Origin: a virus
Taxonomy: Duplodnaviria > Heunggongvirae > Uroviricota > Caudoviricetes
Direction: 5' to 3' (one strand)
Length of the DNA stretch: 45,970 nucleotides
Virus record (IMG/VR): IMGVR_UViG_2778261461_000002
Location: 1 to 45,970 of that record
The notes below the pieces were generated by a model. The model did not search any database. It saw only the letters and a list, made by a program, of their open reading frames with translations, and was not told the DNA's origin. How positions within the stretch are numbered: position 1 is the stretch's first letter; each line of letters begins with the position of its first letter. Below are positions 26,159 through 34,643 of the stretch, piece after piece. Made by a program: the position numbers and the translations under genes.

Positions 26159-26200
26159 GTGAAAGCACCTCGCTTTATTGTTTATGTTTCACTCAGGCCG

Positions 26201-26434
26201 CTATTGCGAGACCCGGTATTTATTCTTCTGGCAGTTCGCCTGCCACGCCCTGTTGTGCGCCAGCACATCTTTCTTCGTCTGCCGATCCATCACTTCGATG
26301 TCTTGCTCAGTGAGGCGAATAGCGCTTACCCAGTCGCAGCTGGTGTCGATAATTTCAACCTTTGCGGGTCCAGTTTGCGCGCAGCTCACGATCGACATCA
26401 TCATCAGGCATATGGCTAACCGTCTGGTGAACAT
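26201..26434 (-). CDS. o-spanin-like lipoprotein (Rz1-position)
   Basis: 77 aa; N-terminal signal peptide ending IVSC (lipobox-like); partially overlaps Rz-like gene in another frame. Confidence 0.4.
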   Translation of the reverse strand: MFTRRLAICLMMMSIVSCAQTGPAKVEIIDTSCDWVSAIRLTEQDIEVMDRQTKKDVLAHNRAWQANCQKNKYRVSQ

Positions 26435-26627
26435 TGCTGGCCTCCTTCATTACTTCGACGCGACGTTCTGAAGCTGCTTTGGTGGCAGCGGCGTTCTCGT
26501 CGGTACGTTTCTTTTCTGCCTCTGCTTCGGCCTTTTCCCGGCCACGCATACCGCCAAGACCAAATGCGGCCAGTACCAGCATGATGGCGAGCCCGATCCC
26601 GGCCAGGATAGCTTTGAGCTTTGTCAT
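26355..26627 (-). CDS. i-spanin (Rz-like)
   Basis: 90 aa; N-terminal TM segment then charged coiled-coil-like periplasmic region; follows endolysin. Confidence 0.55.
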   Translation of the reverse strand: MTKLKAILAGIGLAIMLVLAAFGLGGMRGREKAEAEAEKKRTDENAAATKAASERRVEVMKEASNVHQTVSHMPDDDVDRELRANWTRKG

Positions 26628-27166
26628 AGGCTCACGCGCTCCCGCATCCAGCCATAGGCGAATGACTCATTAGCCGGGCGCTGCTCTGCCAGCTCGAGAT
26701 ATCGCTGACCCTGGCTGCAGTTCAGTGCGCGGAGCAATACGGTTTCCCCTTCACTACCGCGTTTCGCCAGGAAAGACTTAAGCGCGCTGATGCTGCGGGG
26801 GCCAATCTGGCCGTCGGCGATAAGGTCGGGATAGAACTGCTGCTGGTTGTTGAATACGTTCAGCCAACGCTGGAGCCATTTAACCTGTACCGATGGCCCC
26901 ATATTCACGCCGGTGTCGCAGAGCTCGGCGGCGATGACCGGGGAGACAGCTGCAACCTGGTCGAAGCGTGGCCCGTACCAGTAATCAGCCTCGAGGATTT
27001 CCAGAGCCTGCTCGCGGGTCAGGTTGTGCATATCACCGGTATAGCCATAGGCGCGGGCCGTTACCTGGGTGATCCCCCAGTTCGTCGGGCCGCCTTTGTC
27101 ATCCGGGTGATTCACGTAACCGCCCTCTTTGCCGAGGATGGCGTTGAAGATGTCGTCTTTGGTCAT
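26624..27166 (-). CDS. endolysin, glycoside hydrolase family 108-like with C-terminal peptidoglycan-binding region
   Basis: DIFNAILGKEGGYVNHPDDKGGPTNWGIT matches GH108 N-terminal signature; start taken at ATG 27166 (ORF track extends to 27214). Confidence 0.8.
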   Translation of the reverse strand: MTKDDIFNAILGKEGGYVNHPDDKGGPTNWGITQVTARAYGYTGDMHNLTREQALEILEADYWYGPRFDQVAAVSPVIAAELCDTGVNMGPSVQVKWLQRWLNVFNNQQQFYPDLIADGQIGPRSISALKSFLAKRGSEGETVLLRALNCSQGQRYLELAEQRPANESFAYGWMRERVSL

Positions 27167-27444
27167 TGCCCGGCCTTCTGGAATACTTTTGCGAGATTGC
27201 CGCGGGAGCGCCACACGGCGATGCAGATAGCGATGTTCAGCATCAGCTCGCCCGGGTCAACCTGCAGGTATTTCCCGTAGAGGATGCGGAATGCCGTAAA
27301 ACCGGCGGCGAGGATCATCATGTACGCCATCCATGCAACAGCTGGACGGTGTCGCTTTCCACTCTTACTGAAGAACATCAGCCGGACGGCGATAAGCGCG
27401 CAGATAATGGCGTTTACATCAAGAACGATGGCTTGCCATGTCAT
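27163..27444 (-). CDS. holin-like membrane protein
   Basis: 93 aa with 2-3 predicted TM segments; overlaps endolysin start. Confidence 0.5.
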   Translation of the reverse strand: MTWQAIVLDVNAIICALIAVRLMFFSKSGKRHRPAVAWMAYMMILAAGFTAFRILYGKYLQVDPGELMLNIAICIAVWRSRGNLAKVFQKAGQ

Positions 27445-27839
27445 TTACCTTCCTCCTCCAGTCCCGGCATTTTCCCCCGTTTTGATTTGGCGAGGATGCG
27501 TAACAGGACTGCGACAGAGATGGAAGCGGAAACCAGCGCGCCAATGTTCGGGGATACTTCGATACTTACCGGTGGCTGGAGCAAGCCAAGGGCGGTATTA
27601 ATCACCCCGGCCAGTATCTTCGCCATCGGTACTGAGAAGAAAACCCCACCGACAAAGCTGATGACGGCGAACAGGAACTGCTTCCACAGTTGGTGTGGAT
27701 CGGATGTCAGAACGTACATTGCTGCGCCAGCCAGCGCGCACAGCATTACGCCGGGCGTTGCCTCGGGGAACAGAGATGCGAACGTCACTCCGATTGTTGC
27801 GGACGTGACACCGCCAGCAATGGTTAGAGGTTCAGACAT
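27441..27839 (-). CDS. holin / holin-associated membrane protein
   Basis: 132 aa, multiple hydrophobic segments; first gene of lysis cassette. Confidence 0.5.
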   Translation of the reverse strand: MSEPLTIAGGVTSATIGVTFASLFPEATPGVMLCALAGAAMYVLTSDPHQLWKQFLFAVISFVGGVFFSVPMAKILAGVINTALGLLQPPVSIEVSPNIGALVSASISVAVLLRILAKSKRGKMPGLEEEGK

Positions 27840-28002
27840 AGGTGGTCCATGTGTAGAGAAGGCCGTCAGACACGAGGGCTACGTGGCATCTGAGGGTGAT
27901 TGTCTGCGGCCTGAGTAAAAAAGGCGGGTTCTGGTCCGCCAATCGATGGGTGCTGCGTTGCGCTATGCGCTTATAGTCCCAGGTAGGGGTATTCCAGATA
28001 CG

Positions 28003-28035
28003 AAAAAGCCCCGGCGGTTAACCGAGGCTCTTTTG
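28003..28035 (-). terminator. tR'-like terminator downstream of Q-like gene
   Basis: minus-strand hairpin gcctcgg-ttaaccg-ccggggc then U5, about 65 nt after Q-like stop and about 165 nt before the lysis cassette. Confidence 0.5.
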
Positions 28036-28098
28036 TGTAATTCAGTCGACAACCAAAGCTATGGCGACGATATCAGGTTTACGCTAAATGTATGCTAT

Positions 28099-28788
28099 TT
28101 AATTGACTTTTGCAACACCCTGCTGCGAAAAAGCTGCTTTTTGTTGTGATCGTGTTCTCACTGCTCGCAGTAAAGCATCACTATCAAGTCGCTCAAATAT
28201 GGCACACATGGCATTCCAGTAGTCGGCGTAGTTATGGCTCCAGTTATCCGGTTTCACCCCGCATAACTCAGCCAGTTCCTGCTTCTGGTGTGTTTCCCGC
28301 CCGGCCAGCTCAGCTTTAACATCCTGCGCCGCCAGCCAGATTAACGCCTTCAGCCTGTCCATGGTCTTGCCGGCCACCTTCCGGGTTCCCAGTTGCTCCC
28401 TGAACTGGGCCCATGCCCACTGAGTGATCGCCACCTGGTTCTCCCAGCGCACATTCTCGCTGTAGTTCCAGAGTAGCCACGCTTTCTGGTGCTCATCCAG
28501 CGACAGCACTGCGCGACGCCACGACGCGGTGGAGTATTCGACCGGCTGAACCAGAGGAATGTGCGACCCCTTAGCGCGGGACTGCTGCCCGGGGATCGGC
28601 GGATTGCTCGGGTTAACCAGCTTCCCGTTCGCCGGGTTAATCACTTTCACGCGAGAACGGCTGCGCGGAGTGGCAGTGAACATGGCGTTTTCGGCAAAGG
28701 CGACCAGTTGTCCTTTAGTTGCCCCACTCAGATCGGCAGTCGCAACCATCAGCTGCTGGCGTACAAATTCCAGGTATTGTGTGTTCAC
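28099..28788 (-). CDS. late-gene antiterminator Q-like protein (positional)
   Basis: 229 aa; located between NinG and the terminator/lysis cassette; no sequence match to lambda Q recalled. Confidence 0.4.
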   Translation of the reverse strand: MNTQYLEFVRQQLMVATADLSGATKGQLVAFAENAMFTATPRSRSRVKVINPANGKLVNPSNPPIPGQQSRAKGSHIPLVQPVEYSTASWRRAVLSLDEHQKAWLLWNYSENVRWENQVAITQWAWAQFREQLGTRKVAGKTMDRLKALIWLAAQDVKAELAGRETHQKQELAELCGVKPDNWSHNYADYWNAMCAIFERLDSDALLRAVRTRSQQKAAFSQQGVAKVN

Positions 28789-28903
28789 GCTGCGGCCCTC
28801 TCTGGCTGTTTGGTTTTGGTCTGGTTCTGGCTGTGCTTTGCTACTGGCGGCATCCTGGCGCGCATGACGCTTTCGGCCTGGTATCGGGCTATCTGGTCAC
28901 GGG

Positions 28904-29509
28904 TCATGCTGCCTCCTGCTGTTTGAGGGCGCGAAGTTTCGCCCTGGCGTCAGCGCGGATGCCGTCCAGTTCTTCGCGGGTGTAACGGTGGGTTTCGTTA
29001 TTGGATTCGAGCGCCTGCACTTTCTCTTCGCCGATCAGCTCAACCAGCGCAGCTCTGTAGGCCTCGATATTTCCTGACTTGTGAACGTTGCAAGCTGAGC
29101 ACTGCAGCCAGATATTGTCCGGGTTGAAGCGGAGCTGCGGGGCGGCGGCCGTGGTGCGGTAGTGACCAGCATGCCATGCAAAGGCGGCCTTTGTTCCACA
29201 TGAGATGCAGCCATACCCGGCAGCCAGCAGCATAGTGCGCCGCCAGTCGTTTACAGCACGCTGGGTCATCTGCATCCAGTGGCTGAGTGGCTTAACTGCC
29301 CGGCGTCGTTCTGCGTGACTCCGGCGCGATTCCTGCTCTTTCCGGCGCTCATCCTTGATGCGCCTGGCCGCCTCTTTCACCTTCTCCTTGGCACGCAACT
29401 CCAGCGCGTAGATAGCGCCGTGAGCCGGGCAGCACCAACGGACGTTGTCGTATTGCGGGATAAACCACTCGTTGCATACCTTGCACTTGCGGCGGGCTGG
29501 CTTACGCAT
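28904..29509 (-). CDS. ninG: NinG/Rap recombination-associated protein
   Basis: shares Cys motifs and the block DAGHYRTTAAAPQLRFNxxNI / CxxCNxHKSGN with lambda NinG; start adjusted to 29509. Confidence 0.8.
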   Translation of the reverse strand: MRKPARRKCKVCNEWFIPQYDNVRWCCPAHGAIYALELRAKEKVKEAARRIKDERRKEQESRRSHAERRRAVKPLSHWMQMTQRAVNDWRRTMLLAAGYGCISCGTKAAFAWHAGHYRTTAAAPQLRFNPDNIWLQCSACNVHKSGNIEAYRAALVELIGEEKVQALESNNETHRYTREELDGIRADARAKLRALKQQEAA

Positions 29510-29951
29510 TGCGATCACCCCACTGCTTGGCCCACTCAATTTCGAGGCGGGACTTGTCGCTGAATTTGACGTTCTGCTGTGTGCCGAACCAGTAGATAGC
29601 CTCGATGACCTCTACCATCTGGCGCACCGTCATCTTGCTGGTACGTTGACCGAACATCACAATGCCGCCATCCAGACCGGGAGCCATTCGTTGCTCCTGC
29701 TTCTTGGACTTGGCGACCATCGCGGTTATCAAATCTTTCCAGTCGTCTGAGTCGTATTTGCTGCCGAACCAGAGAACCTGATCGGAGAGGTCTTTTAAAA
29801 GCGGCCATAATTTACGATTCTGCTGAGCAGTGCGCGTCATCTCTTTGATGTCTAGAATCAGCGGGCGCTTAGCGTCGACCGGCAGCTCACGGATGTAGTT
29901 GATGGCGTTCTGCTTTACGGATTCGTTTACGAGGTGGAATTGTTGCTTCAT
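29502..29951 (-). CDS. ninB: NinB (Orf-family recombination mediator)
   Basis: QNRKLW, KFSD and LEIEWAKQWGDR blocks match lambda NinB; start at internal Met 29951. Confidence 0.8.
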   Translation of the reverse strand: MKQQFHLVNESVKQNAINYIRELPVDAKRPLILDIKEMTRTAQQNRKLWPLLKDLSDQVLWFGSKYDSDDWKDLITAMVAKSKKQEQRMAPGLDGGIVMFGQRTSKMTVRQMVEVIEAIYWFGTQQNVKFSDKSRLEIEWAKQWGDRNA

Positions 29952-30130
29952 ACGCCACCTCCGAGAGGTAACGCAGAATGCAGAAAATCGCAGGTGCATT
30001 TCTGCATCTGTGACAAGGTGAGGAGTTCAGATTGTGGTCGCATTTAAGTCCCCTTAAATGCGCAGAAGTCACCGGAGTTGTTCAGGCTCCGATGACATGA
30101 TTATGGCGGGTTGATTTCAGAAAATCAAAG

Positions 30131-30610
30131 TTAACTTATGCCAAAATTCACATCTGTAAAACCCAGAAAATGAGCGTTAGGGTTCCACAACTGAATGACC
30201 TCAAGGCTCTCGGGGATTGAGCCTTTATTTTTAAAAGCTCCGTCTGGAGGGGAGCCGTGCTTGAACGTGGCTACGATGTGCTGGTTGAGTAAATCTAAAA
30301 AATATGTTCCAGCCTCTTCCCTGCTAATGCCATCGCTCTCTTTGATCCGTGCGACCATGTTTCTCGCGGTATCGATAGCGAACATAATGTTTGCAAACTC
30401 AGAGAAAGACCATTCTGAGCTTGTTTTCCCACTGCATGATGAATTTGCCCTTTCTGCTTGATAACTAAGCAGGTCTTGGATATTTCTTCGCCTTGACTCG
30501 ATTAGCGAAGCCTTTTGATAGACTAGCCCTCTCCATGTTATGAAAAGGCTCACGGAAGCTGCGATAGCTGATGCCACACCGGCTACGGCGCTCCATACCT
30601 CGGAAGTCAT
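30131..30610 (-). CDS. membrane-anchored hypothetical protein (159 aa)
   Basis: N-terminal hydrophobic helix VWSAVAGVASAIAASVSLFITW; AT-rich; ATGA-type overlap with upstream 85-aa gene. Confidence 0.45.
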   Translation of the reverse strand: MTSEVWSAVAGVASAIAASVSLFITWRGLVYQKASLIESRRRNIQDLLSYQAERANSSCSGKTSSEWSFSEFANIMFAIDTARNMVARIKESDGISREEAGTYFLDLLNQHIVATFKHGSPPDGAFKNKGSIPESLEVIQLWNPNAHFLGFTDVNFGIS

Positions 30611-30611
30611 G

Positions 30612-30869
30612 CTACTTTACCTCTTCATTCTTGATGTAACGTGGATTGCTTGCCTTAGGAAGTTTCAAACTCTCCTCCCGATAATGTCTCAACCGTTCAA
30701 GGAAATAATCTCGCAAATGCTCGGGCTGCTCGCGCATAACCACTTCGGCGATAACCGGCATGTTCAGCCGCTCTTTGTACGCCACGCCGGAGGCTGCAAG
30801 GTCAACGTTAACCTTGTCGCGTTCCTCTTGGCTCTTTGCAGCAATATTGAAGTCGTTCATAATCATCAA
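30612..30869 (-). CDS. hypothetical protein (85 aa)
   Basis: ORF track; coupled to downstream membrane protein gene. Confidence 0.4.
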   Translation of the reverse strand: MMIMNDFNIAAKSQEERDKVNVDLAASGVAYKERLNMPVIAEVVMREQPEHLRDYFLERLRHYREESLKLPKASNPRYIKNEEVK

Positions 30870-31151
30870 CTCATTCGTTTTAATAGAACGTATCTTACGT
30901 CAGATAACCGCTGCTGAGACCAATTATGCGCGCAAAGATCCATCGTTACTGCTCATGGATATTTTTTATCGTACTTTTCCTGTTCCTGTTTGCTCTCTAT
31001 CAGAAAGCGTACTTGGGTGTCGCCCTCAATCAAATTATCATTGCAACGCTTGCCGTTACTGGTTTTCTCGGTTGGATTACGAGAGAAAAGCATCCCAAGA
31101 ATTGAGTAAATGGCCACTATGAAGTGGCCGGCTCATCGTAAAAATTAGCGT

Positions 31152-31559
31152 TCAAATGCCATCGGCACCCTGAAGCATGGCGGCGCGGATGTTTTGCGCG
31201 TATTCATGAGCAGCGTTTGAAGCCTTACTCTGCCACCCATCTGGATAATCACCAGACTTAATAGATTCTGCCGCCATAAATTCAGCAAACTGCTCGAGCA
31301 AATCAGGCACAGATACCAGCGCTGGAGGGGCGGTGTAAAGCGGCGTTACTTCTCGCAGCGGGTCGGCATAAGCATTGCCACTATCGAAGCTGACGTTGTT
31401 TTTTGCGCCGCCGCCTGACAGTAGCCACGCCACAGGCTCCGCTTCGAGCGATGCCAGCGCGATACGCGCCATCGCCGAAGCCTCACCACATTGAACGTGG
31501 TCAGTTTCGATAATTTGCTGCAACTGCTCTTTGGTGAATTCTTTGGTAATTGTGCTCAT
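31152..31559 (-). CDS. hypothetical protein (135 aa)
   Basis: ORF track; nin-region position. Confidence 0.35.
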   Translation of the reverse strand: MSTITKEFTKEQLQQIIETDHVQCGEASAMARIALASLEAEPVAWLLSGGGAKNNVSFDSGNAYADPLREVTPLYTAPPALVSVPDLLEQFAEFMAAESIKSGDYPDGWQSKASNAAHEYAQNIRAAMLQGADGI

Positions 31560-31927
31560 GGGTTACTCCATTCATCTTCAATCGCTACGCCAAGGCGATG
31601 CAGCCAGTCAGCCAGTTTCAACATTGATTCCCTGTCGCTTAGTCCGCTGGGAAAATCGTCCAATGCGACAACTGGTTTGAATGCGCCAAAACGGTCGCGC
31701 TCAACGGTAATGTATTGCTCCAGGGTTGTACCGCTAACGCTGGATGAATGCCTGACGAGATACTTTGAAAGTCGCTCCCGCTCCTTCGGGTCATATTTGT
31801 ACTCAACAAGCGTCATACTGCTGCGCCGGGAATCTATGCCGAGTAAGTCGAGCAAGTTAGCCATATCACTCTCCTTTACCGGCTGCGGCTCGGTCGATGC
31901 GTTCAATTTCAGCCAGAATAAGTGCAC
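31556..31927 (-). CDS. hypothetical protein (123 aa; start uncertain)
   Basis: ORF track; overlaps upstream Ea22-like gene end. Confidence 0.3.
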   Translation of the reverse strand: MHLFWLKLNASTEPQPVKESDMANLLDLLGIDSRRSSMTLVEYKYDPKERERLSKYLVRHSSSVSGTTLEQYITVERDRFGAFKPVVALDDFPSGLSDRESMLKLADWLHRLGVAIEDEWSNP

Positions 31928-32666
31928 CCGCTTTCACCAGGTCACGACGTGGATTTTTCGGCTTCCACCATTCTGGCGACCACGGCCAGTGTTTAGGTGC
32001 TGGATGGATGTCATAAGGCGTTCCATCATCTTCAAAATCCCAGGATGCAGCAGCAGAATGGAACGCATAACACGATGCAGCAAAGGCCAATTCATTATTG
32101 TCATGCTTGTCGTCATGCTTAGGCGTCCATCCCTCAACAGACATCTGCCGCTGACGCTCAGCTATCACATCCAGAAGTGCAGGACTGAACGCCAGCGCCT
32201 CCAGCTCAGCAATCCGCTTCTCTGCGGCTTCCAGCTTCGCTTCGGTCTCTTTGAGCTTATCAAGGCGAATAGTCATGCCATGAATAACAATTGGCACCTG
32301 GTTATCTACGAGGTCACAAGGTACTTTCAATGCGCGCTTCCACTCACGCATGAGGGCGTTGCGCTGTTCTGCAACATCCACAATGGCCTCGAGTCGATTG
32401 ATTCTGCTGTCTTTGGCTTCCAGCTCATCCAGCAGCGCCAGCACGGTAGCGGGGTCGCACATTCTGAAGAACAACTCATCAGCTTCACTGTTTTCACCGA
32501 TGAATCCGTACTCCATATTTTTATGGTCTGTTTGCAGAACCAAAGAGCCGTCGTTACCGAAGCACAGATATTTGATACTGCCACTGCCATCAATTCTGTC
32601 TCCGATGCGACCAGGCGTAGCCTTCTCCGCCGCTTCACGTAATACGCGTTTGTCGATGTTGCTCAT
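31866..32666 (-). CDS. Ead/Ea22-like protein
   Basis: N-terminal VLREAAEKATPG block characteristic of Ead/Ea22-like phage proteins; coiled-coil middle. Confidence 0.55.
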   Translation of the reverse strand: MSNIDKRVLREAAEKATPGRIGDRIDGSGSIKYLCFGNDGSLVLQTDHKNMEYGFIGENSEADELFFRMCDPATVLALLDELEAKDSRINRLEAIVDVAEQRNALMREWKRALKVPCDLVDNQVPIVIHGMTIRLDKLKETEAKLEAAEKRIAELEALAFSPALLDVIAERQRQMSVEGWTPKHDDKHDNNELAFAASCYAFHSAAASWDFEDDGTPYDIHPAPKHWPWSPEWWKPKNPRRDLVKAGALILAEIERIDRAAAGKGE

Positions 32667-32884
32667 TGGGCGGCCTCCTGCTTCTGCTTGTTGTATACGG
32701 CCCAGCTCAGAGCATCGAGCTTGTCACGGCCTGCTTTGTCGTACATGTGGATACCGTCTTTGCAGGCGTGTTCGAGTTTCACCTGCTCCTCAAGCTGATT
32801 GAGTTCGTCGTATGACAGGGTGGCCAGCTTCAGGCGATTCCAGCCAAAGTTACGGATGCGTGTCATACCCCTACCCTCCCCCAA
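32663..32884 (-). CDS. hypothetical protein (73 aa)
   Basis: ORF track. Confidence 0.3.
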   Translation of the reverse strand: MGEGRGMTRIRNFGWNRLKLATLSYDELNQLEEQVKLEHACKDGIHMYDKAGRDKLDALSWAVYNKQKQEAAQ

Positions 32885-33207
32885 ACCATCAATACCCTTC
32901 TCATCGCCGGACTGTTTCGGTACTCCTGGCAGATCACGTTTGTCTCTGTGCGCTGCACCAGCTTCGAATTACCCTTCGGCATGGCAGGTATGGTTTCCGG
33001 TGCGTATTTCATTCCGTAGCTGGTCAGCCGATACAGCCGCTGGCCATGCTTACCTTTGAACTCGATCAGGCCGTCTGCAAACAACGTACTTAACGGGCCG
33101 GAAATCTTTTTGGTGGTCATGCCGATCATCCTGGCAATGAAAGCACTATTCAGGCCCGGGTTATTACGCAGGGCTGCAAGAATCTGCCCACGAATTGTTA
33201 TGGTCAT
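32863..33207 (-). CDS. hypothetical protein, possible winged-helix DNA-binding (114 aa)
   Basis: ORF track; directly downstream of helicase gene. Confidence 0.3.
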   Translation of the reverse strand: MTITIRGQILAALRNNPGLNSAFIARMIGMTTKKISGPLSTLFADGLIEFKGKHGQRLYRLTSYGMKYAPETIPAMPKGNSKLVQRTETNVICQEYRNSPAMRRVLMVWGRVGV

Positions 33208-34643
33208 CAGAACCCCCCTTTCTTTTTCGGCTGCTGCTCACGCCCGCGGCGTTCTGCGGCGGCGGCCTGCTGGTCTGTGTCGTAAATTGACCCGTTGTTC
33301 TGATTGCAATAAACCGTTCCGGTACTGCCGTGGCGGTTGAGTCTCAGGATTAACTCGGTTTCTCCCGGCGGCACGCTGTCATCGAAAGCACCTTCCCGGT
33401 GGATGCCAACCCAGTAGTCGCAGTCCTGTTCAATCTGTCCTGTGTCCCGGGAATCGCTCGGCAACGGGCGTTTATTCACTCGCTTCTCCAGTTCGCGGTT
33501 GAGCTGGGTCAGCAGCACGACGACGCAGCCAAGCTCTTTGGCGAGATTCTTCAGACCTTTGGTGATCATCCCGTAGGCCAGGTCATTACGGTCGGCTTTT
33601 TCGGCGGTCATTAGAGTCAGGTAGTCAACCAGAATCATTCCTACGCAGCCCTTCTCGCGCTTGATTCGGCGGCTTTCGCTAACGATGTGCGCCAGTGACA
33701 GGCCAGGAGTATCGTCGATGTACAGCATGTCGATTTCACTCAATCGCCCGGCGGTGGCGATCGCCTTCTTAAAGTCGCCGTCGTAATCGCCCTGGTACTG
33801 GTCATCGGCGTCATCCGTGGCTGGCATGTAAAAAATGCTCGGGTTAACTCCAGACTTCTGACCAACCAGTTTTTCGAGGATCTGGTCGCCCGGCATTTCG
33901 AGGCTGAACATCAGCGCTGGCTTTTTCTCACGAACCGCGCAGTTGATCGCCATCTGACCGTACAGGGTTGTCTTGCCCATCTTTGGCCTTGCGCCAATCA
34001 CGAACAGAGAGCCTTTAACCAGACCTTTCGGCGCCAGCAGCCTGTCGAGTGAAGGTATGCCGGTACTCATGCCGCGCTGTTCGCCTGAAGGGTCAAACCG
34101 TTTCTCCAGATCTGCTACCCAGTCATCCATAACCTCGCCAAACGATCTCAACCCACGGCGACTACCGGTTTTTGAATGGTCTGCGAGCTGGGTGAAAATA
34201 CCCTGAATGGCCTCGTACTTCTGCGTAGCGCTCATGCCGTTACGGGAATACAGCAGCTCAGTAGCTTCGGTCAGGCGGTTGATACCGTAGCGCTCCATTG
34301 CGGCTTCCCGGACTGATGCTGCGTAAGCTACGATGTTTGCAGCGCTGGGAGTGTTCTTGGCGATCTCCGCAAGGTAAGCAAAGCCACCCACCTGCTCAGC
34401 GAGCCCTTTGCCTTCGAGCGCGTCGAACAATGTCAGACCATCGACTGGCTTGTTGTCGCGGAACATCTGGCGCATCTCGGCAAAGATCAGCTGGTGAGGT
34501 CGGCTGTAGAACGACTCAGGCTTGAGCATCGCCAGAACCTTCTGGACTCGCTCGCTGTTGTCATCATCCAGCAGCAGGCCACCGATAACGCTCTGCTCTG
34601 CTTCGAGGTTTTGTGGTACAGCCATGAAATCAGCGGTCATCAC
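33207..34643 (-). CDS. DnaB-family replicative helicase
   Basis: 478 aa; Walker A GARPKMGKT, N-terminal DnaB-like domain (LEAEQSVIGGLLLD); replaces lambda P position. Confidence 0.85.
   Translation of the reverse strand: MMTADFMAVPQNLEAEQSVIGGLLLDDDNSERVQKVLAMLKPESFYSRPHQLIFAEMRQMFRDNKPVDGLTLFDALEGKGLAEQVGGFAYLAEIAKNTPSAANIVAYAASVREAAMERYGINRLTEATELLYSRNGMSATQKYEAIQGIFTQLADHSKTGSRRGLRSFGEVMDDWVADLEKRFDPSGEQRGMSTGIPSLDRLLAPKGLVKGSLFVIGARPKMGKTTLYGQMAINCAVREKKPALMFSLEMPGDQILEKLVGQKSGVNPSIFYMPATDDADDQYQGDYDGDFKKAIATAGRLSEIDMLYIDDTPGLSLAHIVSESRRIKREKGCVGMILVDYLTLMTAEKADRNDLAYGMITKGLKNLAKELGCVVVLLTQLNRELEKRVNKRPLPSDSRDTGQIEQDCDYWVGIHREGAFDDSVPPGETELILRLNRHGSTGTVYCNQNNGSIYDTDQQAAAAERRGREQQPKKKGGF

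Noticed and set aside
27166-27918. 250-aa plus-strand ORF
   Set aside because: Antisense to the holin and endolysin genes, which carry recognisable TM segments and a GH108 signature
31491-32642. 383-aa plus-strand ORF
   Set aside because: Antisense across three minus-strand nin-region genes including the Ea22-like gene; no start context or motifs
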